64,000 nucleotides of DNA from Minisyncoccia bacterium (lineage in GTDB: Bacteria > Patescibacteriota > Minisyncoccia > Phycocordibacterales > DATDWN01): contig JBAQUS010000011.1 in the NCBI GenBank assembly GCA_049297675.1, forward strand, positions 459-64,458, in the 5' to 3' direction. Made by a program: the position numbers and the translations under genes. This document shows positions 28,602 through 38,583 of this stretch, piece after piece; the first letter of the stretch is position 1, and each line of letters starts with the position of its first letter. The notes below the pieces were generated by a model. The model had not been told where the DNA came from. It did no database searches and saw only the letters and a list, made by a program, of their open reading frames with translations.

Positions 28602-31000
28602 TATTGTTGGGCGCTCTCTGTTACTGGTAGATCTCTAGATTTCTCTGGAGATGAATTCGTGCTGTTTAAAAGAGCTGATTTTCCACTTAGCAAGTTCTGA
28701 AGAATATTTTTAACTTCAATATTATCGGGGTTAGTTTTACTTAAATCTTGAAACTCCTTAATGGCTTTTTGCTTTTGCCCAACAAAATCATATGATAACC
28801 CGAGGAAATATTTTGCATTGGCATAATCAGGGCTAATTGATAGGGCTTTTTCAAATGACAACACTGCTCCGGCATAGTCTTTTGAATTGTATTTTAGGAG
28901 ACCAAGTTGAAAGAAAGTGCCAACATTTGTCGGATCTATAACTGATGCTACTGTTACAGATAGAATTGCAGCTGGAAGATTGTTATCTGTTACTTCAATT
29001 TGCGATAGAAAGAAGTAGGCATCAACATAATTTCTCTTTAATTTTATTGCTTCCAAGGCGTAGTCTCTAGATTTTTTAAGATCGCCCTTAGTTACTGACA
29101 GCCTAGAGAGCAACATATATATGGAAGGGTTGTATGGGTTGAGCCTTAGAGCCTCTTTATATTGTATTTCCGCATTTTCAAATGCATTTTCAACATTCAT
29201 TTCTGGATTGGAAACTGCCTCATATACTCTGCCAGCACTAATCCAGTTCAAATAGTTTTGCGGATTTGCCTTTTCAGAAGAAAGTGAAGCCTTTATAGCA
29301 TTAGAGAGAACATCACTAAATTGTTTTTGAATTTCTGTCTGACTGACTTTAGTTGTATCTTGTGAGACTATTTTTTGGAGCTTCACTAATTCAATTTCTG
29401 AGAGTGCTCTATAGTATATATCGTGGGGAATTAGATTTATTGCTTTTATCATATACTTTTCAGAAAGATCTACATCGTTTTGAATATTTAATGCTTGAGC
29501 ACTTTTCTGGAAAAACCACACTGACTTTGAACTTTTGTACAACTCAAAAGCTAAACTAAGAGAAGTGACAAATACGAAAAGTAAAACTATAGAGCCAACA
29601 AAACCAGACTTGGGAGTCAGAACGAAGTTTTTCCTTTCAACTGATGTCATTCCCGCTAAGTTTCTTGATGCAAAAAACAAACCGTTGAAAAACACATGTA
29701 GTACAAAAATTGCAACGCTTGGGACATAAACAAACATCATAACCCATAAATATAATGAAATGAAAAAAGACGATACAACGAAATACTTGGTAAAAACGTC
29801 GAGATTTTTTTGAAAAATCGACTTTAATCCCACATAAATGAAGTAGCCAATATATAGAATCCAAGACAGAAAGCCTAGAGCCCCCGTCGTAATAACAAAT
29901 GTAGGTATAAGACCTACACCGTTATTAAAATCTGTATTCCAAAAGATAGTGTTCACAACGTCCTTTGGTTTGTTTATAAGCCATTCATTTAAAAAAGTGT
30001 TGGGACCGGAACCCAGAAATGGACTCTCAACTAAGGTAGTCTTCGCAATCTGATATGTTGCTGTAAATGATGGTCTTACCTCTACATTTTCAATTCCAAA
30101 TTTTACTGATAAATACTGACCCATACTATCTCCATAAATCACAAATGTAAGTGAAATTAGAAAAATTATTCCTGTAACTATAGGGATTTTTTTCAACATC
30201 ACTTTTATTGAGAAACTTTCGGAAGAGCCGACAGATGACCCAAAAGCGGAGTACAAAATAAACAAAAAGGTGACTGCTACTAGTGTATACCAGACCATTT
30301 CAAAATTTACAATTGCCAAGAAAAAGAATGACGAGATCAAGATAAAAAGAAGAAAGAACTTGGTTAACCTGTTTAAATTCAGCATTTCATAAGAAAAAAA
30401 TGACAAAATCGAAACTGTACCAAAAAAAATACCAACATTGTTCCAATTTCCAAGTGTAGTATTAGTAATCTTGTTAAAAATTCCAAAAGACAAAAAATCA
30501 ACACCAAAAATCATCCTTGATACTATAAATACAGCAATTACAATCGATGATAACAAAAATGCTATTTGGGCATTTATTATTCTCTTTTTGTCATTAAAAA
30601 ATATTGATACTAAAAAAATAAACGTAAAAGAAAGTGCAATAAAACCTACTGCCCCAATATCAAACGTATACCCAATAAAATTCATTCTCGTTGGTCCATT
30701 CAATAAACCCGATAGTAAATATACTACTGGGATGATAAAAATAAAAAATCCGAAACTCTTCCGTGTTGGCAAATAAACACTACCAGTTTTCAAACCCTGA
30801 GATACATAAACTAATATAGCTAGTAACGCCCCAATAGCAAAAAACGTACTTGTCCAAAACTGAGTAGGAATAGAATTTAGTGGTATAAAAAATATTGGAG
30901 TCAAAAATACAATTGATAGAAAAATGATGTGCAATATCTTCTCATAATACCCTTCTTTTTGTTTTGTTGTTACGTCTTCAATCATGTGATATTTATACAT
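28601..31000 (-). CDS. Polytopic membrane protein (O-antigen ligase/polymerase-like N-domain) with C-terminal TPR repeats
   Basis: More than 12 predicted TM helices. C-terminal TPR-like repeats (AIKLKRNYVDAYFFLSQIE..). Domain call is inference. Confidence 0.45.
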   Translation of the reverse strand: MYKYHMIEDVTTKQKEGYYEKILHIIFLSIVFLTPIFFIPLNSIPTQFWTSTFFAIGALLAILVYVSQGLKTGSVYLPTRKSFGFFIFIIPVVYLLSGLLNGPTRMNFIGYTFDIGAVGFIALSFTFIFLVSIFFNDKKRIINAQIAFLLSSIVIAVFIVSRMIFGVDFLSFGIFNKITNTTLGNWNNVGIFFGTVSILSFFSYEMLNLNRLTKFFLLFILISSFFFLAIVNFEMVWYTLVAVTFLFILYSAFGSSVGSSESFSIKVMLKKIPIVTGIIFLISLTFVIYGDSMGQYLSVKFGIENVEVRPSFTATYQIAKTTLVESPFLGSGPNTFLNEWLINKPKDVVNTIFWNTDFNNGVGLIPTFVITTGALGFLSWILYIGYFIYVGLKSIFQKNLDVFTKYFVVSSFFISLYLWVMMFVYVPSVAIFVLHVFFNGLFFASRNLAGMTSVERKNFVLTPKSGFVGSIVLLFVFVTSLSLAFELYKSSKSVWFFQKSAQALNIQNDVDLSEKYMIKAINLIPHDIYYRALSEIELVKLQKIVSQDTTKVSQTEIQKQFSDVLSNAIKASLSSEKANPQNYLNWISAGRVYEAVSNPEMNVENAFENAEIQYKEALRLNPYNPSIYMLLSRLSVTKGDLKKSRDYALEAIKLKRNYVDAYFFLSQIEVTDNNLPAAILSVTVASVIDPTNVGTFFQLGLLKYNSKDYAGAVLSFEKALSISPDYANAKYFLGLSYDFVGQKQKAIKEFQDLSKTNPDNIEVKNILQNLLSGKSALLNSTNSSPEKSRDLPVTESAQQ

Positions 31001-31123
31001 TTAATTTTTTACATTATACAAAATTTTTCTATTAATGAAAAATCGCACAATTACGTGCGATATTTCATTTTTTTGTTGTGTCTATAAGCCGAATTCTGTC
31101 CCCGCTAAACTTTAGTTAAGCAG

Positions 31124-31548
31124 TGGATGATTATTTATCTGGTCCCTCAATTACTTTCGGGATCAAGCGACTCCCCCCTCCTCAGTTTGGTGGATACAAC
31201 AATCAATTTAGTAATCAAATATTACTACCACCAAACTGGGGAGGGATACGGTCTTGCATCAAGGTAAGGATTTAGCCGTTTCACTCCAAACCTTTCGGTA
31301 AGGACTATGCATCAATTTCTTGAAGCACCTGTACAACTTTCGAAATACAGCGTCTCTGCTCGCACCTCTTAGATTACTCTAGACGGGTGTTACCCGCTAC
31401 CCTCCCAATTTTTTCCGCCACAAGTGGCACAAAATTGAGGGTCCCTCAATTTTGTAACTGCTTGTGGCAGACAAAATTGGCTGATGTTCGGACTTTCCTC
31501 TCTTATAAATAAGAGTAATCATCCAACACAACAGTTATATTGTGACAT
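31124..31548 (-). ncRNA. rnpB: Candidate RNase P RNA (rnpB), about 425 nt, highly structured
   Basis: Minus-strand reading has terminal helix GGAUGAUUA..UAAUCAUCC (P1), then hairpin CUCUUAUUUAUAAGAG (P3-like) directly followed by AGGAAAGUCCG (CR-I). GGGUAACACCCG and GGAGUGAAACGG segments are present. A long helix CCCUCCCCAGUUUGGUGG/CCACCAAACUGAGGAGGG and a perfect hairpin AAAAUUGAGGG-A-CCCUCAAUUUU also occur. The region is GC-richer than its surroundings. The P4 3' strand was not convincingly located. Confidence 0.4.
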
Positions 31549-31656
31549 ATTTTTGTTTCATATACAAGTCTAGGTGAAAGGTTACCCAATATTGCTAAGC
31601 CAACATAAACCTTATATCATTAGATATAGGTTTATTATGGTTTTATAATCTTCTAC

Positions 31657-31902
31657 ATGGCAAATTTATACATAACAATAAAACAAGCCTCAAAAATACT
31701 TGGGGTATCTCCTCTGACGCTTAGAAACTGGGATAAAAAAGGTAAACTCAAGGCCCATAGACACCCAATGAATAATTATAGGGTTTATAAGATTAGCGAC
31801 TTGGAAGGAGTAATTCAGGAAATAGAAGCCAATTCAGGACTAAGAAAAAGAACAAAATCTGAAGTAAGAAAACTTATTGTAAAACATCTTTCTGACAATT
31901 AA
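31657..31902 (+). CDS. MerR/excisionase-type HTH DNA-binding protein
   Basis: IKQASKILGVSPLTLRNWDKKGKL is a typical MerR-like HTH. 81 aa. Confidence 0.5.
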   Translation: MANLYITIKQASKILGVSPLTLRNWDKKGKLKAHRHPMNNYRVYKISDLEGVIQEIEANSGLRKRTKSEVRKLIVKHLSDN

Positions 31903-33314
31903 ATTTCCTTTAAAATTTCCATAGTAATTAATTTTAGCGTCTCAGGATTTCCAGAGCCTTTCGTCTTTTTCATACCCTGACCAACAAAATATTGGAGTAA
32001 AGACTCCTTGCCTTTTTTGTACTCAGTAACACTTTCTGGATTTTCACTAATAATTGTTTTCATTATTTTTCTTAGCTCTTCTGGATCGTTTTTTTGGATA
32101 AGATTTTTTTCTTTAGCAATTGTTTCCGGTTCTCCACCTTCTTCAAAGATAATTTTTAATATATCCTTGCCCGCTCGAGAAGATAGTTCACCCTTTTTTA
32201 TCATTAATATCAGTTTTGAGAATAATTCGGGTGTAACCTTTCCAAACCCTCCTGATATCTTTTTCGACAATCCACTTAAATCGGACACTACGTAGTTTGT
32301 GGCAGTAATTAGAATATCTTTATCAGTAATATTCTTTACAGCCGTGTCAAAAAAATCACTAAAATCCTTGTTGTTCACATAAAACTCAACATCCTCTGGT
32401 TTTATTCCCAGATCTAAATATTTTTTTCTTTTTTGAGAAGGAAGGGGTGGTAAAATTGACTTTAGATTTTCTTGCGAAAATTCCTTGATCTCGCTTAAAA
32501 GTAGTTTGGGTAAATCTGGATCAGGAAAATATCTATAGTCATGAGCGTTTTCCTTTGATCTTTGGGAAAAAGTAATTTCTTTGTTTTCGTCCCATCCACG
32601 AGTTTCCTGTAAAACTTTCTCTCCTTTCTCTATTAGTCCAGTTTGTCTTCTGAATTCAAAGTCAATTGCCTTCCCAACTGCCTTAAAAGAATTTATATTT
32701 TTTACTTCAACTTTTGTGCCAAATTTGTCATCTTTTGAAACTGAGATATTGACTTCAACTCTCATCTCTCCCTTTTCCATATTTGCACCTGAAACATCCA
32801 GATACTGCAAAATAAGCTGAAGTTCTTTAGCGAAAGAAACTGCCTCCTCGCTTGAATGAATTTCAGGCTCTGTAACAAGTTCCATGAGAGGAACTCCTGC
32901 CCTGTTAAAGTCTACTAAGCTTACTCCTGGTGTATCATGGGATGACCTAGCTGTGTCTTCCTCTAAATGAACCCTTGTGAGATTGATTCCATTAATTGAG
33001 CCCTTAGAAACTAGTGGATATTTGTATTGACTGATTTGATATCCCTTAGGTATGTCTGGATAAAAATAGTTCTTTCTATCAAACTCAGTAAAGTCAGCTA
33101 GCACTCCACCAACAGCCGTACCCACAAGTAAAACCTTTTTAACAGCCTCCCTATTTATTACTGGTAGTGTGCCAGGATAGCCCATGCAAACAGGACAGGT
33201 ATTTGTGTTTGGACTTTTCTCTTCACCAGAATTCAAACAACCACAAAACATTTTACTTTTAGTTTTAAGCTCAGCGTGAATCTCCAAACCTATAGTCATT
33301 TTATATCCGTCCAT
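31899..33314 (-). CDS. gatB: Asp-tRNA(Asn)/Glu-tRNA(Gln) amidotransferase subunit B
   Basis: N-terminus MTIGLEIHAELKTKSKMFCGC. Confidence 0.9.
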   Translation of the reverse strand: MDGYKMTIGLEIHAELKTKSKMFCGCLNSGEEKSPNTNTCPVCMGYPGTLPVINREAVKKVLLVGTAVGGVLADFTEFDRKNYFYPDIPKGYQISQYKYPLVSKGSINGINLTRVHLEEDTARSSHDTPGVSLVDFNRAGVPLMELVTEPEIHSSEEAVSFAKELQLILQYLDVSGANMEKGEMRVEVNISVSKDDKFGTKVEVKNINSFKAVGKAIDFEFRRQTGLIEKGEKVLQETRGWDENKEITFSQRSKENAHDYRYFPDPDLPKLLLSEIKEFSQENLKSILPPLPSQKRKKYLDLGIKPEDVEFYVNNKDFSDFFDTAVKNITDKDILITATNYVVSDLSGLSKKISGGFGKVTPELFSKLILMIKKGELSSRAGKDILKIIFEEGGEPETIAKEKNLIQKNDPEELRKIMKTIISENPESVTEYKKGKESLLQYFVGQGMKKTKGSGNPETLKLITMEILKEI

Positions 33315-33324
33315 ATTTCTTATT

Positions 33325-34290
33325 TTAAACTTTTCTCAGTATTTTTACTAACTCATCCATAAAACTTTTTACTGAAAAATCATCTATGACAGAGACCGAT
33401 AGAATATTTTTATGAGTTTTTTTAAATAGTCTAATCTTTTTGTCCATACTTTTTTTATCTATCGTGTCTGTTTTGGTGAGAAGTACTATCTCATCTTTTT
33501 TGAGAAGATCTGGACTGTATTTTGAAAGCTCATTTCTTACCGTCTTATAATCTTTTATAGGATCCTCGCTCTCTGAGGAAATACAGTGCATAATAACTTT
33601 TGTCCTCGAAATATGTCTTAAAAACTTCAGCCCAAGCCCCTTGCCATCCGAGGCACCTTCAATAAGTCCAGGTATATCTGCAATTATGTATCCATAAAGA
33701 TTTCCTAGGTTTGGATTTAACGTGGTAAATTCATAATTACCGACCTTTGCCTTAGCTTTTGTTATGGCATTTAGCAAACTCGACTTACCGATATTTGGCA
33801 GTCCAACCAAACCAATATCGGCAACAAGTCTAAGCTCTATAAAATAGGTGCTTCCCTCTCTGGGTTTGCCTAAAGTGAACTCTATTGGTCTTTGATTTTT
33901 TGATCCTCTGAAATTAGCGTTGCCATAACCCCCTCTTCCACCCTGGAGAAAAAAAATTGGGTCTTGGTCAAGAACATGTACTTCTTCACCACTCTCTCGA
34001 TTTATCACAACCGAACCAATAGGAAGTTCTATAGTCATATTTTCCCCTGCTCTACCGTGCTTGTTGTTTGACATGCCGTTTTGTCCGTCTTCTGCTTGAA
34101 AATCCTTTACAAAGCGATACTCTGAAAGTTTATTTATGTCCGGTACCCCCTTTAAATAGACATCCCCGCCTCTTCCACCATCACCCCCACCCGGACCGGC
34201 GTGATCTCTACCTTTTTCATGTTTCCATGATACTATGCCGTCACCACCTTTTCCAGAATATATATTTAAAGTTAATTCGTCTATGAACAT
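33325..34290 (-). CDS. obg: GTPase Obg
   Basis: Gly-rich Obg fold GKGGDG..GGGDGGRGGDV. G-domain motifs. Confidence 0.9.
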   Translation of the reverse strand: MFIDELTLNIYSGKGGDGIVSWKHEKGRDHAGPGGGDGGRGGDVYLKGVPDINKLSEYRFVKDFQAEDGQNGMSNNKHGRAGENMTIELPIGSVVINRESGEEVHVLDQDPIFFLQGGRGGYGNANFRGSKNQRPIEFTLGKPREGSTYFIELRLVADIGLVGLPNIGKSSLLNAITKAKAKVGNYEFTTLNPNLGNLYGYIIADIPGLIEGASDGKGLGLKFLRHISRTKVIMHCISSESEDPIKDYKTVRNELSKYSPDLLKKDEIVLLTKTDTIDKKSMDKKIRLFKKTHKNILSVSVIDDFSVKSFMDELVKILRKV

Positions 34291-34604
34291 GGTAGATTTT
34301 CTTAACGAACGATAGTGAGTTTTAGAAAATCACCACCCCTCACCAATTTTGCTAGTAGACTATCTTGCGACGCTGACCCGAATAGGGTCGGGCTATTCGC
34401 CCGCACGTCGCTAGAGAAAACGTCACTATGTGGTTGTTTTATATCATGTTTCATATTTTTATCAAAATTGGTAATGGGGTTAAGAAAATTATAGTCACTA
34501 CGTTCCTTAATTTTCTAAAGTTATCCACAAAAATCCATTTTTGAATCTTTTCAAAAAAAAGAGAATTTGTTACAAATATGCCAATAACACTTTAAGTAAA
34601 AAAT

Positions 34605-34859
34605 ATGGACGAAGAAAGAGAAGATGAAGAAAAGGAAGATGATTTTCCTGGAGATATAATAGGAAAAACTAAACCAAAAAAAAGGTCTGGTTCTGTTTCT
34701 GATTTAGGACCTGACGATATTGATCATCAAGTAGTAGATGCATTCACAGATGAAGCTACAGAAGATCCCGTAATAGATGAGGATGACTCTCTAGAAAGAT
34801 TGGCTGAGATTGAAGATGAGGAAGATGATGCCAACTATAATGATGACGACTACGAATAG
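34605..34859 (+). CDS. Small highly acidic (D/E-rich) hypothetical protein
   Basis: 84 aa. About 45% Asp+Glu. No recognisable domain. Confidence 0.35.
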   Translation: MDEEREDEEKEDDFPGDIIGKTKPKKRSGSVSDLGPDDIDHQVVDAFTDEATEDPVIDEDDSLERLAEIEDEEDDANYNDDDYE

Positions 34860-34875
34860 AAAAGATTGGTTGTAA

Positions 34876-36090
34876 TTACTTCAAATTAATTTTTATAAAC
34901 CTTCTTTTACCTATTTTATAGACTCCTGATTCTGCTTTTTCATCCAAATTTTCAATCTTTATATCTTTATCCATCAGAGTAATTGCTCCCTCATCCATAA
35001 GTCTCCTAAAATCAGATTTGGAAGAGACGATTTTTTTTGAAACTAAAACTTCAACCAGAAGTGCATTTTTACTAATTGAAACTTCATCAATATCCTTAGG
35101 GACCTGACCCTTAGAAAAAGTATTCTCAAATTGAACTTCTGAATCACTGGCTTCTTTTTCGGAATATAGTTCTGATATAATTGTTTTGGCTACTTTCTTT
35201 TTTAACTCAAGTGGGTTATTTGTTATATCGTAAGAATTTATATCTTCTAAGAGAACATCGGTAAGAAGCGTGAACAAAGGAATGATTGAATCGTCTCCAA
35301 GTGACATAATCTTACCAAATATGTCAACCGGCTTATCTCCAATACCAATAACATTACCTTCACTCTTTCCAATCTTAACTCCCTTTGAATCCAAAAGTAG
35401 TGGAGTTGTCATGACAAACTTTTCTTTATTTTTCATAACTTTCAATAAAGTTCTGCCAGTAAGCATGTTGAAAGTTTGATCTGTTGCACCAAGCTCTAAG
35501 TCAACATCCATAGCTACCGAATCATAACCTTGAAAAAGAGGGTACAAAAATTCACGCATGTTTATAGTTTCACCAAATTTTAGTCTTTCTTGAAACATAT
35601 CCCTCTCAATAAGTTGCTGAACTGAAAAATTTTGAGCAATTGTTAATATATCCTTGTAATTGAGTTTATTCAACCAATCACCGTTATACATAACCTTTAC
35701 AGGATTGGTACCACCAAAATCAATCACTCTTTCTGCTTGACTTAAGTAATTTTTAGCATTTTCTCTTAACTCTTCTTGAGTAAAAAACTTTTCTCTAGTT
35801 TTTTTCTTTCCTGATGGATCCCCTGCTAGTCCAGTTCCATCACCAATAAGAAATATTACTTCGTGGCCCAAATCTTGCCATTGTTTATGTTTTCGAAGTC
35901 CAACCATATGACCAATGTGAAGTTTATCTCCAGTGGGATCAAAACCTTGATACAGTCTCAGTCTTTTTCCAGACAATAAAACAGATTTTAAGCCTTCTTT
36001 TGATGGATATATTCTATCAACACCCCTAGTCAAAAGTTCTTCTATTTTGCTTTCGTCCACTATAACTTTAGATTTATTTAGCCCAAACAT
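34876..36090 (-). CDS. tyrS: Tyrosyl-tRNA synthetase
   Basis: HIGH motif (LHIGHMVG). KMSKS-like KIGKSEGN. C-terminal S4-like domain. Confidence 0.9.
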   Translation of the reverse strand: MFGLNKSKVIVDESKIEELLTRGVDRIYPSKEGLKSVLLSGKRLRLYQGFDPTGDKLHIGHMVGLRKHKQWQDLGHEVIFLIGDGTGLAGDPSGKKKTREKFFTQEELRENAKNYLSQAERVIDFGGTNPVKVMYNGDWLNKLNYKDILTIAQNFSVQQLIERDMFQERLKFGETINMREFLYPLFQGYDSVAMDVDLELGATDQTFNMLTGRTLLKVMKNKEKFVMTTPLLLDSKGVKIGKSEGNVIGIGDKPVDIFGKIMSLGDDSIIPLFTLLTDVLLEDINSYDITNNPLELKKKVAKTIISELYSEKEASDSEVQFENTFSKGQVPKDIDEVSISKNALLVEVLVSKKIVSSKSDFRRLMDEGAITLMDKDIKIENLDEKAESGVYKIGKRRFIKINLK

Positions 36091-36126
36091 TCAATCACTT
36101 TAACACAAATATGGTAAAATGAATAA

Positions 36127-38283
36127 GTGATAAAAAGAACAATTAGGAAGCACGGCTGGAGAAATATATTTGTTTTTTTTGTGTCCTGTGGGATGATTTT
36201 TTTAGGTATTATTCTTATTTGGGTCTCTTCATTCAAAATCCCCTCTTTAGACACCATTGAGGAGAGAAAGGTTAGTCAATCAACTAAAATATACGACTAC
36301 ACTGGAGAAATATTACTTTATGACGTCTTTCAAAAAACAAAAAGGACTGTTATACCGCTTGAAAACATTTCTCCAAATATTAAAGACGCTATTATCTCAA
36401 TCGAAGATAAAGATTTTTATACACACAATGGTTTCAAATTGAGATCTTTTTTAAGAGCTGTTTTTGTTAATGCAATTAACATTGGATTCTCGCAGGGTGG
36501 CTCTACTATTACTCAGCAGGTTGTTAAAAATTCAATACTAGTAGGAGATAAAACCATTACTAGGAAAATCAAGGAGATTGCCCTTTCCCTTAAACTTGAA
36601 AGGATCCTTTCCAAGGATCAAATTCTATCGATGTATCTCAATGAAATACCTTACGGTGGTAGTATTTATGGTGTTGAAGAGGCTAGTCAAACTTTTTTTG
36701 GGAAATCCGCTAGCGAATTGACTTTATCTGAGTCAGCCTATCTTGCCTCCCTTCCAAAAGCTCCGACTTTTTATTCTCCATATGGAAAAAATAAAACTGA
36801 ACTTGATAAGAGAAAAGACCTAGTTCTTGATGAGATGCTAAGAGATGGAAAAGTTACCAAAGAAGAACAAGAGTCTGCTAAAAAAGAGGTTGTTTCGTTT
36901 GTACCAAAAAGTGCAACTGGAATAAAAGCTCCCCATTTTGTGATGTATATAAAAGATTATTTAGAAAAAAAATATGGGGTGGATGTTCTTGAACATGGTG
37001 GATTAAGGGTAATAACCACGCTTAACTATAGTCTTCAGGCCAAGGCGGAAGAAATCGCAAAAAAGTACGCTGAAATCAACGAAAAAGATTTTAATGGTTC
37101 AAACGACGCATTTGTGGCAATTAACCCAAAAACGGGTTGGATTTTGACAATGGTGGGGTCTAGAAACTACTTTGATACAAAAATTGATGGAAACTTTAAT
37201 GTCACTCTCGCGCACAGACAACCTGGATCTACATTTAAGCCTTTTGCCTATGCTCAAGCCTTTATGAAGGGTTATACACCAGATACAGTTCTATTTGATC
37301 TACCAACTCAATTCTCTACAAACTGTCCAATAGACAACCTGACAAGCGAAAATGGATGCTACTCCCCAGGAAACTATGATGATAAGTTTAGAGGCCCTAT
37401 AACACTTAGAGAATCATTGTCCCAGTCAATTAACATCCCCTCTGTAAAAGTCTTGTATTTGGCTGGAATAAAAGAAACCCTAAGTTTAGCTGAGAGTATG
37501 GGTATAACAAGTCTTGGAAATTCAAATGAATATGGACTGACTTTAGTTTTGGGGGGGGGTGAGGTTACTCTACTTGAAATGACCTCTGCATACGGGGTTT
37601 TCGCTACAGAAGGATTAAAAGCCCCTTATACTGGAATAATTAGTGTTTTGGATTCTAATGGGAAGGTTTTAGAAGAATATAAATCAGCCCCAAATCAGGT
37701 TCTGGAACCAGAAATTACCCGAAAAATATCGGATATATTATCTGATAACGTTGCTAGAACTCCGTTATATGGGGCGAATTCCGTACTATACTTTCCTGGG
37801 GTAGACGTTGCAGTTAAAACCGGTACTACAAATAATTACAAGGATGCTTGGATTATAGGATACACACCAAGCGTTGTTGTTGGTACTTGGGCAGGAAACA
37901 ATGATAACACCTCAATGGCAAAAAAGGTTTCAGGACTTATAGTAGCTCCTATGTGGAGAGCATTTATGGATGAGGTCTTAAAAACAGTACCTAACGAAAC
38001 GTTTACTAGGCCAGAGAAAGAAGATTCCTTTGAACTTAAGCCTGTTTTGAGAGGTAGATGGCAAGGAGGAATTTCGAATTTAATTCAAGGAGGAACAATA
38101 GATACCGATGTTCCCTACAACTCTCAACAGGAAATATTGGCCGGTGGGGTACACTCAATTTTATACTGGTTACATAAAGACTATCCTAGAGGAGAAATGC
38201 CAGAATTTCCTGGGCAGGATCCTCAGTTTGAGAGATGGGAATATCCAATAAGAAACTGGGCTACATCGCAAGGATTGGAGTAG
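36127..38283 (+). CDS. mrcA: Class A penicillin-binding protein (glycosyltransferase + transpeptidase)
   Basis: GT51 motifs (EDKDFYTHNG, RKIKE). Transpeptidase STFKPF, SxN, KTG. Confidence 0.85.
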   Translation: MIKRTIRKHGWRNIFVFFVSCGMIFLGIILIWVSSFKIPSLDTIEERKVSQSTKIYDYTGEILLYDVFQKTKRTVIPLENISPNIKDAIISIEDKDFYTHNGFKLRSFLRAVFVNAINIGFSQGGSTITQQVVKNSILVGDKTITRKIKEIALSLKLERILSKDQILSMYLNEIPYGGSIYGVEEASQTFFGKSASELTLSESAYLASLPKAPTFYSPYGKNKTELDKRKDLVLDEMLRDGKVTKEEQESAKKEVVSFVPKSATGIKAPHFVMYIKDYLEKKYGVDVLEHGGLRVITTLNYSLQAKAEEIAKKYAEINEKDFNGSNDAFVAINPKTGWILTMVGSRNYFDTKIDGNFNVTLAHRQPGSTFKPFAYAQAFMKGYTPDTVLFDLPTQFSTNCPIDNLTSENGCYSPGNYDDKFRGPITLRESLSQSINIPSVKVLYLAGIKETLSLAESMGITSLGNSNEYGLTLVLGGGEVTLLEMTSAYGVFATEGLKAPYTGIISVLDSNGKVLEEYKSAPNQVLEPEITRKISDILSDNVARTPLYGANSVLYFPGVDVAVKTGTTNNYKDAWIIGYTPSVVVGTWAGNNDNTSMAKKVSGLIVAPMWRAFMDEVLKTVPNETFTRPEKEDSFELKPVLRGRWQGGISNLIQGGTIDTDVPYNSQQEILAGGVHSILYWLHKDYPRGEMPEFPGQDPQFERWEYPIRNWATSQGLE

Positions 38284-38309
38284 AAATAAAAATTAATTTT
38301 TTACTTCTA

Positions 38310-38564
38310 TCATTTTATATCTATAATTTTTGTATCAATATTTTTCGAAAAATTTTCTATTATTTCTTTTTTGTAAATAAAAATTTTGTTTTTTATTAGT
38401 GGACTGCTTTTCAAAAAAACTACACAATCTTTTAATTCAATGTTTTTTAGATCAACATCAATATTTGTTACTATTTTAATTTTTTCCTTTATTTTTTGTA
38501 TATAAAAATCATTTGATTTAACACTTTTAGAAAATTTTTCTAAATATTTGTTTATATTAAACAT
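38310..38564 (-). CDS. Small Lys/Ile-rich hypothetical ORF in an approximately 85% AT region; may be spurious
   Basis: 84-aa ORF only. Low-complexity composition. Confidence 0.25.
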   Translation of the reverse strand: MFNINKYLEKFSKSVKSNDFYIQKIKEKIKIVTNIDVDLKNIELKDCVVFLKSSPLIKNKIFIYKKEIIENFSKNIDTKIIDIK

Positions 38565-38583
38565 AAAGTTATAAACTTTTAAC

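Noticed and set aside
31124-31548. Alternative identities for the structured spacer (tmRNA, SRP RNA, 6S RNA, group I/II intron)
   Set aside because: No tRNA-like T-arm/acceptor for tmRNA. No SRP domain IV motif. Length and multi-helix architecture with a P3-hairpin + GGAAAGUCC fit RNase P better. This remains unproven without a covariance-model search.
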